Positions 39,558 to 53,375 of a stretch of 64,000 bases of DNA are shown piece after piece (position 1 is the stretch's first letter; the number at the start of each line of letters is the position of its first letter). Position numbers and translations under genes: made by a program. Source of the DNA: Octopus vulgaris (Eukaryota); the NCBI GenBank assembly GCA_951406725.2, contig OX597820.1, positions 74,710,001 through 74,774,000 on the forward strand, read 5' to 3'. The notes under the pieces are model-generated. The model saw only the letters and a program-made list of their open reading frames with translations. It did no database searches and was not told the origin of the DNA.

Positions 39558-39939
39558 GGAGAGAAAGAGAGAGAGAGAGAGAGAGTGAGTGTGAGAGAGA
39601 GAGTGTGTGAGAGAGAGAGTAAGGAGTTTGAACAGAGTGTTTAAGCTAGGAAATGAATAAAACAAAGCTAGGAAAAAGATAGAGCGAGAAAGAGAAAGAG
39701 AGTAAGTGAGATAGATAGATAGATAGATAGAGAAAGAGAGGGAGAGAGAGAGTGAGGAGTTTGAAGAGAAAATTTAAACTGGGAAACGAGAAAAGCAAAG
39801 CTGGAGAAAAGATAGTACGCGAAAGAGAAAGATAAAGATAAAGAGAGAGAGAGAGAGAGAAAGAAGAGGGAGAGATGAGAGAGAGAGAGAGAAAGAAGAG
39901 GGAGAGATGAGAGAGAGAGAGAGAGACATAAATAAATAG

Positions 39940-39990
<51 letters not shown>

Positions 39991-40165
39991 TAAAGAGAAA
40001 CTTTAAACTGGGAAATGAAAAGACAAAGCTGGAAAGAAGAACGAGAAAGAGATAGAAAAAGAAAAAGAGAGAAGGAAGGATGGTTGAATGAGAGAGAGAG
40101 AGAGAGAGAGAGTGACAGAGGGGGGAGAGAGATTTAGGAGGAAAGGAAGAGGAGAGAGAGAAATA
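39558..40165. repeat. GA-rich tract with a triplicated ~60-bp block
   Basis: GTTT(G/A)AAGAGAAA..TTTAAACTGGGAAA..CAAAGCTGG-like block near 39620, 39755 and 39988. Confidence 0.8.
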
Positions 40166-40579
40166 AAGTGGGAAATGTTGTGATAGAGAATAATATGTAC
40201 AATGTTATTTATGAGCATCTAGATATATCCTTATATAGTTATATCGATTCCATGATTATTGTCATTACATGGGGAGCGAAATATTTATATACATCTCTAC
40301 AGTAAATTTAAAATGGAAATATTTCATTTGCTTGTTACTCCTAAACATACCATTTGAAGTTATTAAGATATCCTCTATTCAAACTATTTCTGATACGAGA
40401 GTCTCTAGGCCGTTTCTAGCGGTGCTAGAAAGAGAAAGCAATCTGATCAGAAACTTACGCTTAGACGCTTTAGAATATACTATCTTTTCTCGAAAATCTC
40501 TCTTGATCATCCAGTCTTCGGCCCTTCTAGCTTTACCTATAGCCTATGTCTTTTCACATAAAAGAAAACTAATTTATAA

Positions 40580-40796
40580 TACAGTTCTATATTTAAGAGA
40601 TGAAGAATAATGTATATTATTTACATTTGACGGGTATTTGCCCACATCTTGTTCGTTGTTAACACAACGTTTTAGTTGATATACCCTCCAGCCTTCATGG
40701 GGTGTCTTGGAGAAATTTCGAAACTGGGCATATGGCGTAGTGGTTAAGAGCGCGAGCCACTAACACCAAGATTCCAAGTTCGATTCCAGGCAGTGA

Positions 40797-40877
<81 letters not shown>

Positions 40878-41052
40878 CAATAACAATAATAATAATTCTA
40901 ACATCAAAAAATACCTTAGAAATGAGAACCCAGGCTCGAAATTTCCCCACGACACCTGATGAAGGCTGGAGGGTGTATCAACCGAAACGTAGTGTTAACA
41001 ACAAACAAGCTGAGAACAAATATCCGTCTAATGTAAATAATGTAAATAATGT
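40580..41052 (+). mobile_element. tRNA-headed hammerhead SINE (S5), copy B with upstream inverted arm
   Basis: A box TGGCGTAGTGG 40733-40743, B box GTTCGATTCC 40778-40787, (AAT)n, HHR; 40610-40725 is the reverse complement of about 40930-41050. Confidence 0.9.
40951..40996 (+). ncRNA. minimal type I hammerhead ribozyme motif
   Basis: GACAC-CUGAUGA-A-GGCUG..CAACC-GAAAC-GUA-GUGUU. Confidence 0.75.
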
Positions 41053-41270
41053 ACGGAAGTTTATAATATATATTTGTTCTACTTCCTATCTCTTAAGTTT
41101 AAGTATCCTCTAGATCCCAGTGCTCACGAACCATCGACATTTATACTCTCGGGTTGTCACGACAGATGGTACCATTTCTTATATATATCTACATATTTAT
41201 CTATGTAAATATCTATTCATCTTTAACCCTCCTTCTCCACTTCTATTTTTTCTGTCTCTTTTCACCCTCA

Positions 41271-41310
<40 letters not shown>

Positions 41311-41618
41311 AATGCAACATATGTATTGCGTATATATTTATTCACGTATATACTTATGTATATATGTACATACGTATACATGCCTTCATACACTTGTGTG
41401 TAACATCCTCATATATGTAGTGTTTCACCACAGTGAATACCCGCTTGCATAAATACACACACACACACACAAACACCCACACACGCACGCACATACACAT
41501 ACAAACACTCACACACATATACACATATAACAAGTCGATAGATTATTAGTAGATAAACAGACAGACATACATACAGACAGACATACATACAGACAGACAA
41601 ACAGACAGACAGACAGGC

Positions 41619-41649
<31 letters not shown>

Positions 41650-41664
41650 CAGACAAAGATATAC

Positions 41665-41699
<35 letters not shown>

Positions 41700-41785
41700 A
41701 TATTAATTAGAGACAAAACCACTATTATGCAAATCAAACAAAGAAAAACTTAATCCAATACATAAAAAATTTTATATAAATATAA

Positions 41786-41831
<46 letters not shown>

Positions 41832-41841
<10 letters not shown>

Positions 41842-42109
41842 AATTAAGGACTGAACACGAAAAAGTGGACAGTCAACATGCTAGATGTAGACGTCAAATC
41901 GCCATTCTCCACAAAAGATTATGTTCTCAGATCAAACTCAACACCAACCCAAGCAATAAACAAGTGAAAATTTTCACTTGTTTATTGCTTGGGTTGGTGT
42001 TGAGTTTGATCTGAGAACATAATCTTTTGTGGAGAATGGCGATTTGACGTCTACATCTAGCATGTTGACTGTCCACTTTTTCGTGTTCAGTCCTTAATTG
42101 GTATATATA
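41832..42109. repeat. perfect spacer-less palindrome (139-bp arms)
   Basis: Reverse-complement arms about the 41970/41971 centre; no mismatch found on reading. Confidence 0.95.
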
Positions 42110-42184
42110 AATATTTAATCTTCGGATCTTTTTAATATGTTAGACCACTGGTTTTAATTGATAAATATTGATTTCTACCCTTAA

Positions 42185-42233
<49 letters not shown>

Positions 42234-42331
42234 TAAATAGATAAATACACATACAGACAGGCAGACAGACCCATAGAGAGGTAATTAGATAGACAGACAG
42301 ACAGACTGATAGATAGATAGATAGATAGACT

Positions 42332-42409
<78 letters not shown>

Positions 42410-42532
42410 TAAATAGATAGATACACAGACAGATAGGCAGACAGACAAACAGATAGATAGGCAGACAGACCCATAGAGAGATAATTAGATAGATAGACAT
42501 ACATACATACAGACAGACAGACATACAGATAT

Positions 42533-42592
<60 letters not shown>

Positions 42593-42919
42593 CTACATAG
42601 GTAGGTCAGACTGCAGGTGAGTAGGTAGGTAGTTAGGTCGGTAGATGGGTAGATAGGTTTAGCCAGAGTATTAAAAGAAAATATTCATCATACTTATGCA
42701 GAGTACAACTGATTGCTATCAAATGTTTCTACAAGGTAAACAAGATGCGGAAATATAACTAAATAGAAGTGGGTGTTAGACAGAGAGGCACAGCTCTGTG
42801 ATAGGAATAGGACCACATGCTGTTGAATTTAATTAAATCCAACCAGGAAAACACCACTGGATAAATGGCTGGATGTGAATCGAGTGGATGTGTAGCAGAA
42901 GGATTACAACGCCAATAAC

Positions 42920-43210
42920 AATATATATATTAATATTAATAATATATATATGTATATATATATTTATATACATACATACACATGCATACATATATATATA
43001 TATACATACATACACATATATACATATATATACATACATACATACATACACATACATACATATACATACATACATATTTATATATACACATACATACATA
43101 CACATACATATATATATATATATATATACATACATACATACATACACATACATACATACATACATACACACACATACATATATACATACATATATATATA
43201 TATATATATA
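42920..43210. repeat. (TACA)n/(TA)n microsatellite tract
   Basis: Seen directly. Confidence 0.95.
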
Positions 43211-43578
43211 CCAAAATATAATAAAATAAACATGGAATACGAATACTGATGGCAAAAAAATATGCAAATACCATATCGATACTGTTATCAAGATTAGAAA
43301 ATTATCTTAGAATTTCATCCACAGGAGACGCACCCACGCGCACGCATGATATACGCACACAGACGCATTTGTGCTTATGTGTGTGGTGTGCGTGTATAGG
43401 ATATTAGAAATATGTAAATAAAACTAAATAAAACAGAAACGACAAAATGTCCACAAATTATATATTCATTAAGATTTATATATTGATAAATAGTTCTATT
43501 ATAGGTAATTAGTAAGCATTATCCATGTATGCAAGTGTATATGTATATTTCTGTATTATATATATATATATGATTAGG

Positions 43579-43618
<40 letters not shown>

Positions 43619-43649
43619 ATATATCAGTATATATATATATATATATATG

Positions 43650-43689
<40 letters not shown>

Positions 43690-44212
43690 TATGTATGTAT
43701 ATATATATATATATTTGTGTGTGTGCATGTATCTATATATGTATATATTCTAAATTACATGTATATGTGTCTCTTCGTACATGTACATTATATATGATAC
43801 GTATGTATAAATATAGATATATTTATGTGTATATCTGTGTATATATAGTTGTTTGTGTGTCCATATGATTGTATATGCATGTTTGTTAATGTGTTTGCTA
43901 CACGTTTAATAAAAATAGACTACAGTATAAAAATACAAATTAATTATGTAAAAAAAAATTGGAGGTTAAACGGCGAAGAAATGTGGGAGGATCTCGATGT
44001 TTATGGTTCATATTAACATGTGTTGATCGATGTCCCCTAATCGTTTATGGCTTACAAATAACAACGATAGAAATCAAAACGAGACTCAAAGGACTTCTAA
44101 AGACATAAACAGGCCGGATGTAAAACGTTAAATCTAATTGCTTCAGAGTGTCACCTTATCTACGTGGAAATCTATATACTCTGCTTAGTCTATATTTTCT
44201 AATCCCAATATG

Positions 44213-44260
<48 letters not shown>

Positions 44261-44574
44261 GATAAAAAATATATATAAAAAGCAAGAATTCTTTCCGTCT
44301 ACGACCAGCCAAATATCTTGGGAATTCCATAACTACTTATGGTGGGGCTACTGTTCAGACCAATTTCATTAGAGAATATGAAAGTATATATATATATATG
44401 AAACGCATGATAACCGGTTTGCTTATCTTAGCACGTGTAAAGGCAACTCTATGTAAAGAGAGATAGTTTTATGCATTTCGTAGACCATGTTAATATACCA
44501 GTGTTACTTCTTTTACTCTACAAATGTATATTTTTTCTTCATTTCATTGAGATGATTAATACAAGGGATCTTTT

Positions 44575-45130
44575 TTTTTGTCGGCTGTCATATTTTTACT
44601 GCGTGTATTCCCTACACAAAGCAGCACTTTTGTATTATGGGTATGAGCCATGCTTTATTTTGTGTACTTGTTATTAATATACGGAGATACTCTTCGTAAT
44701 ACATGCGCAGTGTGTATTCATGCTATTTCCTGTATGTTGTGCTTATTTCTAAGTCCTGTGGTTTCGGTAATGTATTTGTGCGCATGCATTTTATAATCCC
44801 CAAGGCACCTATTATTGTAGACATTGTTTCCGATCTTCGACTCCCTCAGTCCCCTTATCTTTGTTTACAGATCGTTATATTTGGATAATTTCTCTTTTCT
44901 TTGAGAATTATTTTATCATCGGTTGGGACTGATTCTTCGATTAGGAATCACCCACCCTTTCCTGATAATCTTATTTAAGTATATCTGGTCTACTTGTTTT
45001 GATTATTCTGTCTGCGTGGGTTGGCTTATCCCAAAACGTGGCTTTGCTCATTCTATAAGATCATTTTTCGCAGTATATAACTATACCGTCTCTTTGGGTT
45101 TGTATTTCATTATGCAGGCATAACTTCCGA
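44575..45130 (-). mobile_element. R4/Dong-type 3' end (RLE remnant), old
   Basis: Broken minus translation WDKPTHADRIIKTSRPDI..SVPTDD..KYNDL..IIGALG..IQEIA..TAHVLRRV. Confidence 0.75.
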
Positions 45131-45358
45131 GTGTATGCAAACCTCACCTCTGTCTTACTTCTAGATACGTTTTTTTTTCTTGGTTAAGTCTGGGCCATTA
45201 GAGACAATGCGGTTAAATGCTTCCGAAGTTACTGTGATCTGTTCCATTACATGAACAAAGACCTCCGCTTAAACAACCTGATACAAATATTTTAACATCA
45301 CTATATTCCAGATTTTAATATCACAATATCGAACAACCCTCTCAAAAATTACTTCATT

Positions 45359-45940
<582 letters not shown>

Positions 45941-45951
45941 AAGAAGCTCCT

Positions 45952-45984
<33 letters not shown>

Positions 45985-46009
<25 letters not shown>

Positions 46010-46190
46010 AGTGTTTGTCCCCCTGTCATCGATGTTGGTGTGTTTACCTCCACTTAAGCAAGTGGTTCAACAAAAGAGACAGATAGAATAAGCACTAGGC
46101 TTACAACGAATAAGTACTTGGGTCGATTTGTTCGACTGTAGGCGATGCTCCAGCATGGCTGCAGTAAAATAACCGAAACAAGTAAAAGAA
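45985..46190 (+). mobile_element. S1 SINE 3' half
   Basis: Matches S1 downstream of the internal microsatellite. Confidence 0.8.
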
Positions 46191-46452
46191 TATATATACA
46201 CACATACACATATGTGAGGATATGTACATATATGCATATACATACATATAAATAGATAAATAGGTTACACGCAGAGACACATATATATAATAGTATAGAA
46301 TACTATTATAATTAAGGCCACAGCGATTTCAATGCCTACATGTTGAAGATAGCTCTAGAGATCTCTATGCCCTTAATTATAGATTAATTTAGCATCTATC
46401 TTCAGCATATGGACCTAGAAATATGTGTCCTTAATTATAATTGTATTTCATA

Positions 46453-46780
46453 CGAAGAAAAATTTGAGCTCATCCACTTTGGTTGAGAGGGCACACTCAA
46501 TCAACTATATACACTACCGTTGGGAAACCTACTTGAACCGTCGGATAATATCAGAGACTTAGGTGTAACTGTCGACAGTAATCTTAGCTGGAGTTTGCAC
46601 ATCAACAAAAAGTCGATGTTGCCCGCAGAATGTGCTCATGGATCCTCAGAACTTTCGAATCTATGGATCATGAAACCATCATCCTTCTCTGCTCTACATT
46701 CGCTAGACCCCACCTCGAATACTGCTGCCCATTTTCGTCCCCCTACAAAAACAAGACATAATGAGGATCGAAGCGCCACT
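46453..46780 (+). mobile_element. CR1-type RT internal fragment
   Basis: KFELIHFG..IRDLGVTVDSNLSWSLHI..ILRTF..RPHLEYCC. Confidence 0.85.
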
Positions 46781-47441
46781 AGTTTGGTTGGCCTGCAAAT
46801 GTCATAGGAAACTGCTTTAAGCCTGCGTATAATATAATAATATTTCGTCCTCTGTGTTTGTTTATATTTTTGCGTATTTTGAAATGACGGAAAGTAATTA
46901 TACCAACACGTGAAACCATAAAATTAATTGGTCTAATATCAATAATATATACTGTCCTATCCAAAACCACTTATGAATTATAAAACACCTGGTTCCTATT
47001 TCCCATTTTTGTTACAGAATTCTTTAAAGAAATACCGGGAAATGGATATATTCACCGATTCATTTAACTGATTCAATTAACTGGTCATCTCTATAGCGAT
47101 ATTGTACTATAATCTGATAGGTTTTCCGTTTCTAACACCTGCTAATTTCATGTACATATTAAGACAAAAAAAATAAGTAAAAAGGAAGAAAGAAAAGAAC
47201 GAGGACAGCAGTCTTATATTTAGAATCGCTTGCAAGATTTGTTTTAATTTCTTTATCACTTCGGCAATTCGTTCGTTAAAATTTCCCGAGGCTATTGTCA
47301 GTTAGTATTGTGTTCAAAACGCCATAAACGATCACAAAAGAGACAAATTAAATAACAAAAAAAACACCGTAGTCTCCCGATTGCATCTTTCACTTATTTC
47401 AATCTTTGGACTGCGGCTATTACTGGATTCGGTTGACTGAT

Positions 47442-47540
<99 letters not shown>

Positions 47541-47548
47541 CATGTATG

Positions 47549-47582
<34 letters not shown>

Positions 47583-48154
47583 TGAAGGTATGTATGTATA
47601 TCTATATCTATCTATCTATCAATCTATCTAACTATCTATCTGTCTATCTATCTATATATCTATTATATCTATATATATATATATATATATATATAAAGGA
47701 TATGAGAGGTTTAGTTCACTGGTGATCTAAACGAAAAGGTACGCTACGTGCTATAATTGGTCATCCGTTATGTTCCAAGCTGGAATTAGGGATCCGTATT
47801 ATGCTTCCCCGTTACCAGATATGTACTAGAACAGAAGGCCAACAAAATCCGAGGCAGGGCAAGTATCTCAAATCATCTGCATACACTCAAAACCCACTTC
47901 TATCTATCTTGATGTCTATATTTCTCACTCTATATACGTAGACCATTTGCACTTATTCCATTACTTCAACATCAACAAATCATTCAAAATACTGTCAGAA
48001 TACTGCATGGATTTACCGTAACGGCAATGTAAATTTTACTTAGTAGCCTGCGGTATACACTTCGTTTGGATACTTACCAATTCCGAGGTTCCGCTTGCTA
48101 TGAAACATGATACCTGGGATTTGTCTACTCCATTCTTTAACTCTTGAAGATATA

Positions 48155-48485
48155 TGGAGTGGCTGTTTGGTAAGTAGCTTGCTTACCCATCACGTGGTTG
48201 CGGTTTCAGTCCCACTGCGTGGAAACTTAACCAAGTGTCTTCTACGATAGCCTCGAACACGCCAAAGCCTTGTAAGTGGATTTGGTGAACGGAAACTAGA
48301 CGAAGCCCGTATATATACGACTGGCTTTAGTCAGTTTCTGTGTTTCTGTCTACCAAATCCACGTACAAGGCTTTTGTCAGCCGGGAGCTATAGTAGGAAA
48401 CTTTCGTCCAAGGTGTCGCACAATGCGACTGAACCCGAAACCCTCTGGTTCGGCAACAAATTACGTACCGCACAGCCATGCCTAT
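48155..48485. mobile_element. two S1 5' halves joined tail-to-tail at (TA)n
   Basis: + head 48155-48310, TATATATA junction, - head 48318-48485. Confidence 0.8.
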
Positions 48486-49734
48486 GAAAAGAAATAATGA
48501 GAATATATTATTAGATTTTTATTTATCTTTTCCCTTTTATCTTTTACACCGTACATTAGTTGGTACATTAGATTATTAATGGTTCATTCATTAAATATAG
48601 TGAAACTCACTTATATATCTACGATACTTGAGTAACAACCGATTCAACACAAACAGTATTCGAGACCTTACAATCTATTGATGCTTGACACCTCATAGGG
48701 CGAACTTGATTCAGTAACTCACTCCAGGATCCGTTTCATAGACGAGCTCTCTAAATGTCTGACATTTCGACCGCCTTACAATAGATCTCTTTCCTTTGAA
48801 ATTGCTGATTTTATACCACTCCCGACTAAATCCACTTCAAACACACACTTCTCAAGCACCAAAGACCTTTTCTGATTATTTTTCTTTGCTGTTTTTATTT
48901 TTTTATTTTTCCAACTAAGAATATTGTCATTCTGAAGTCCCATCCCTTCTCTCAAAGATGTCTGACTTTCCATGCTTGAACCAAAACAGATATTCAATGA
49001 TTATGTTCTTTTAACTGAAATTTTGCAATTTGCTTGGCACACCTCCCGTTGTTTACAGCTTTGACTAGTAAGAGGCTCCGCTGGGATTACTTCTATGCAT
49101 CAGTTGCGTTGCTTAGACAACACAGCCCTTATTACTGCTCCTATGACACACAACACACGAGAGATAGGCCATGAAAATGCTTATAAGTTCACTTCCAAAG
49201 ATATGAAGATCTGTTCCACTTGTACGCTATATTGTGAATATTCTACGTTTATTTTGAAGTATACATTTATGTGTGTGTGTGTATATGTGTGAGTTTGTTT
49301 TCTGTGTGTGCCTGTATGTGTGTCTGTATTTTTGCGTTTGCGTGTGTATTTGTTTTTGTTTTTGTGTGTATTTGTGTGCGTGTGTGTGTGCGTGCGTACG
49401 AGAGTGTATTTCGGAGTTGGAATTGTCTGCCAAGCTATTTGATGTACGGCTGCTTTTGAAATAGAAGCAACTACACAGTAAAAGATTCTTGCTTCTCTCT
49501 GTATGAATACATATTTACATATATGGCATACACAAACACACACGCGTACAAACACACACGCACACATAAGTACACATACACAAAGATATGCATTTACTTT
49601 CTATCAAACCATTCCTCCATATGTATCTATGTATTCATATATGTCTGTTTGTCTGCTGGCTGTCTATGTATCTATCTATTTATCTATCTGTCTATCTATC
49701 TATCTGTCTGTCTGTTTCACTGTCTGTCTATCTA

Positions 49735-49779
<45 letters not shown>

Positions 49780-49824
49780 CTATCAATATGCCTGACAAGA
49801 TGTCTGTCTGATTGCCTGTCTTCC

Positions 49825-49910
<86 letters not shown>

Positions 49911-50324
49911 AGTCTGTCTCTCTATCGATCGATCTCTCTATCTGCATTGAACTAAAAATATAGTAAGTGTATACATATACGTATATCAAACACTATATAA
50001 TATAAATTCTTGATTTATCACAATTACCTCCGACGCTGGGGCAATATCTCACTTATCAAACGGCAATTGAGAACACCTCCCTTTGAGAAAACGTGGAATA
50101 TCAAAACTCTACAGTCGCCCAAAGTTGAGATGCCTGTAAAGTAAAGGCAGTCATATTGTCTGGACAGAAGGGGGGGGGGTCGACGAAACCTGTTTCTCCC
50201 TCGATAGGCGTCATCAGCATGCATTGTCCTACTACACAATCACACATACAAGATAATTCGTTAAAGGCTCATTCAGTGTATTACATTACATATACTTCCC
50301 ACATATTACTCACTCGTATCTGTA

Positions 50325-50530
50325 ACGCCGACGTATGGCACAGGCTGATATTCCGTCAGTCACGACGACGAGCGTTCCAGTTGATCTAATCAACGAAACA
50401 AATATAACTCATTTTTGCTAGCTGAGTGGAATGGAGGAACGTTAAAATAAAACGTCTTGCTCAATGGCACAATGCGCCGCCGAGAATCGAACTCACGACT
50501 TTACGATCGTGAGCCAAATGCCCTAATCAA
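50325..50530 (-). mobile_element. SINE with S3-like core and a third tail type
   Basis: ACTCATTTTTGCTAGCTGAGTGG core; minus-strand GAGTTCGATTC B box. Confidence 0.7.
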
Positions 50531-51504
50531 AAAGGCACGACTCTTCCTGCATACAATGCAGACACAGGGATCAAAACAGATGCACATTAATACAGCGTAG
50601 CACACACACACCTACACGCTCACTCACATATACTCACATACTTACACGCTCACTGACACACGCACACAAACACTGACACCCTCACTCATACACTCTCTCA
50701 CACACACCCATACAGATACACACTTACACATACCAATATCGACACACATTCACACACACGTACATATACACGCACATTATTTTTGTCTATTGTCTCCCTT
50801 AATATTCGTTCTCCCTGATAAAGAGCAAAAAAAAAAAAAAATACTTTCATTTCGACCTCACTTTCCAGTATGGCGATCTCCTAACATAACGCATCGATGC
50901 ATCATCTCTGTTTATTTTACTATTTGATTTGTTTCCGTTATTTTTTTGTTTTGGCTGTTTTCTACAATGAATGGCATTTAGTCCGTAACGTAAGATGCTT
51001 CTTTGAACGTGTTCTTCTCTTTTTCTGTTTTGCAGTCCAACGTTTGTATTTTTGCTGTTCTTTATTTTGTATTTTGAAACCTACACGAGTTTTCCCTCGC
51101 AACACTAACGCTGCTTCCAGAACTGTTCTTGAATTACAACGTGTTGGATTACATTGCATCACTTATACCTACATACATCTGTGTATGTATGCATAAACTT
51201 ATGTATGTGTACACCCTTTTACTTTTTTATAAGTTTCAGCTCGAGAGCTGTGACCATGCTGGAGCATCGCCACTTTTTTCCCTAAATATGAGCTGAATTC
51301 TAGAAGTACTGCAATATCAGGTCAGCAACACGGCAAAAGTGGAGCAAGCCCCTTAAATTTCGCCTCATTTTAAAAATCAATTTAATATCTATGGCTCAGA
51401 TCGGGACTGTATGGGATATTAAGCTGATGAGAATAAATACTAGGCTTTGGTCTTATCCAAAAGACCAAAAAGCGTATGTATGCAAACTTTACGCTTTTGT
51501 TCTT

Positions 51505-51950
51505 CTTCTTGTTTCAGTTATTGGGTCAGTGCCCTGCTGGGGCACCACCATGAAAGATTCAGTCAATGATATCATATTACTCTTTTACTTGTTTCAGTCA
51601 TTTGACTGCAGCCATGCTGAAGCACCGCATTTAGTCAAGAAAATCGACCACAGGACTTATTCTTTGTAAGCCTTGTACTTATTCTATCGGTCTCTTTTGC
51701 CGAACTGCTAAGTTACGAGGACGTAAATACATCACCATTGGTTGTCAAGCGATGTTGCGGGGACAAACACCGACACACAAACATATACACACATACATAT
51801 ATACGACGGGCTTCTTTCAGTTTCTGTCTCCGAAATTCCCTCACAAGGTTTTGGTCGGCCCGAGGCTATTGTATAAGACACTTGCCGAAGGTGCAACGCA
51901 GTGGGAATGAACTCGGAACCATGTGGTTGGTAAGCAAGATCCTTACCCCA
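51505..51950 (-). mobile_element. S1 SINE plus older tail fragment
   Basis: Matches S1. Confidence 0.88.
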
Positions 51951-52207
51951 CATTTTTTAGACTTTTACCACATATTTTTAAGACTGATGCTTATTGTATC
52001 GTCTTTTCTTTGCCGGACAGCTAAGAGATAAACCAAACACAAGCTCAAATACAAATAACCATTCAGTCATATATATACCATGGATGTCCTCATAGCTTTC
52101 GCCTCTCAAACCCACTCACTAGTCGTTGCTCGGCCCTGGGCTCTCTCCTCTTCACACAATATCGCAGGTGTTTATATGTTTTTTTTCCCTAAATAATTTT
52201 ATAGTAG

Positions 52208-52588
52208 ACTAGCAGTATCGCCCGGCGTTGCTCGGGTTTGTAAGGGAAATAACTATAAAGCATTTTTAGAGAGTTATAGCCAAAAAATAGCAAAAAAATG
52301 ATGGTAAATTTTGTTTTGAGAGTTAAAAAGGTCGAGTTGCGTCCCCTAGACAGTCTGTGGTTTGTGTTTCTGATTCTCGACCCCATGTCGAATTTATAGA
52401 TTTTTTTCAGAACTGGGGGAACTTTTCAACATTTTCGCTGCGTTAGTTTTGAATTATGACATTGGGCTATGTGTGTGTCAAGTTTCATCAGAATCGGTTG
52501 AAAGCCGTGGTCAGGGTGAGGGTACAACCTAACAGACACACAGACACGCAGACAGACAAACTGCCGTTTATATATAGAGAGAAGAGAT
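52208..52588 (+). mobile_element. putative non-autonomous Helitron-like element
   Basis: 5' ACTAG + hairpin CCCGG..CTCGGG; AAGTTTCATCAGAATCGG box; (CAGA)n; TTTATATATAGA end; recognised by pattern. Confidence 0.65.
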
Positions 52589-52788
52589 AAGATGTGAGCA
52601 ATGCGTCTATTGTATTTAGACACTCGTTACTGTATTCTAGCTAACGCGATTCTATCGTCTTCGCTACATGAATACGAGTCATTTGGAAAACTGAATTTAA
52701 TCGTTCTGATCTTTTAGCGTATAACGTTTATCGTTTTCTCTTTACAGACGAGCCGAAAGTATAGTTGAACATATGAATATCTCAACAT

Positions 52789-53014
52789 TACAGTAATCTC
52801 TCTACTATTGCGGATGTTACGTTCCAAAATCCTCCGCGATAAGTGAAAATCCACGAAGTAGAAACAGTACTCTACTGCATATTTTTTCTATTATTCTTTT
52901 AATTTGTATATATTTATTTTATTATAAATGCAAGACAACACCAGGGAGGAATCGGTGTAAGTTTAAATAATAAACCGCGATAGGTGAACCGCGATACGGC
53001 GAGGGATAAATGTA
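52789..53014. mobile_element. Tigger/pogo-like MITE
   Basis: TA-CAGTAATCTCTCTACTATTGCGG ... CCGCGATACGGCGAGGGATAAATG-TA imperfect TIRs with internal CCGCGATA repeats. Confidence 0.75.
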
Positions 53015-53039
53015 TACGAGTTATATTTATCTTCTATCA

Positions 53040-53375
53040 TTTATTTGCTTCAGTCGTTGGACTGTGGGCATTCTAGGACACCGCACCGAAGGGTTTAGTT
53101 GAAGAAATCGACTCCAGGATTTGATTTTTAAAGTCTAGCACTTATTGTATTGGTCCTATTTTCTGAAACCGGTACGTTACGGTGACATAAACAAACCAGC
53201 ACCGGTTATCAAGTGAGAGACTAACACAAACGGAAAAACACACTCTATTTTCACTCACAAGGCGTTGGTCAGCATGAGTCTATAGTAAAAAGCAAAATGC
53301 TTACGGTGCCACTTTGTGGGTCGGAACCCGAAACGAATTGGTTGCAAAACAAACTTCTTAGCCACACAACCATGC
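53040..53375 (-). mobile_element. degenerate S1 SINE
   Basis: Diverged match to S1. Confidence 0.7.

Noticed and set aside
40726-40800. tRNA gene (also 60011-60085 and other heads)
   Set aside because: A/B boxes are present but I could not form a complete acceptor stem, and each continues into a repeated SINE body.
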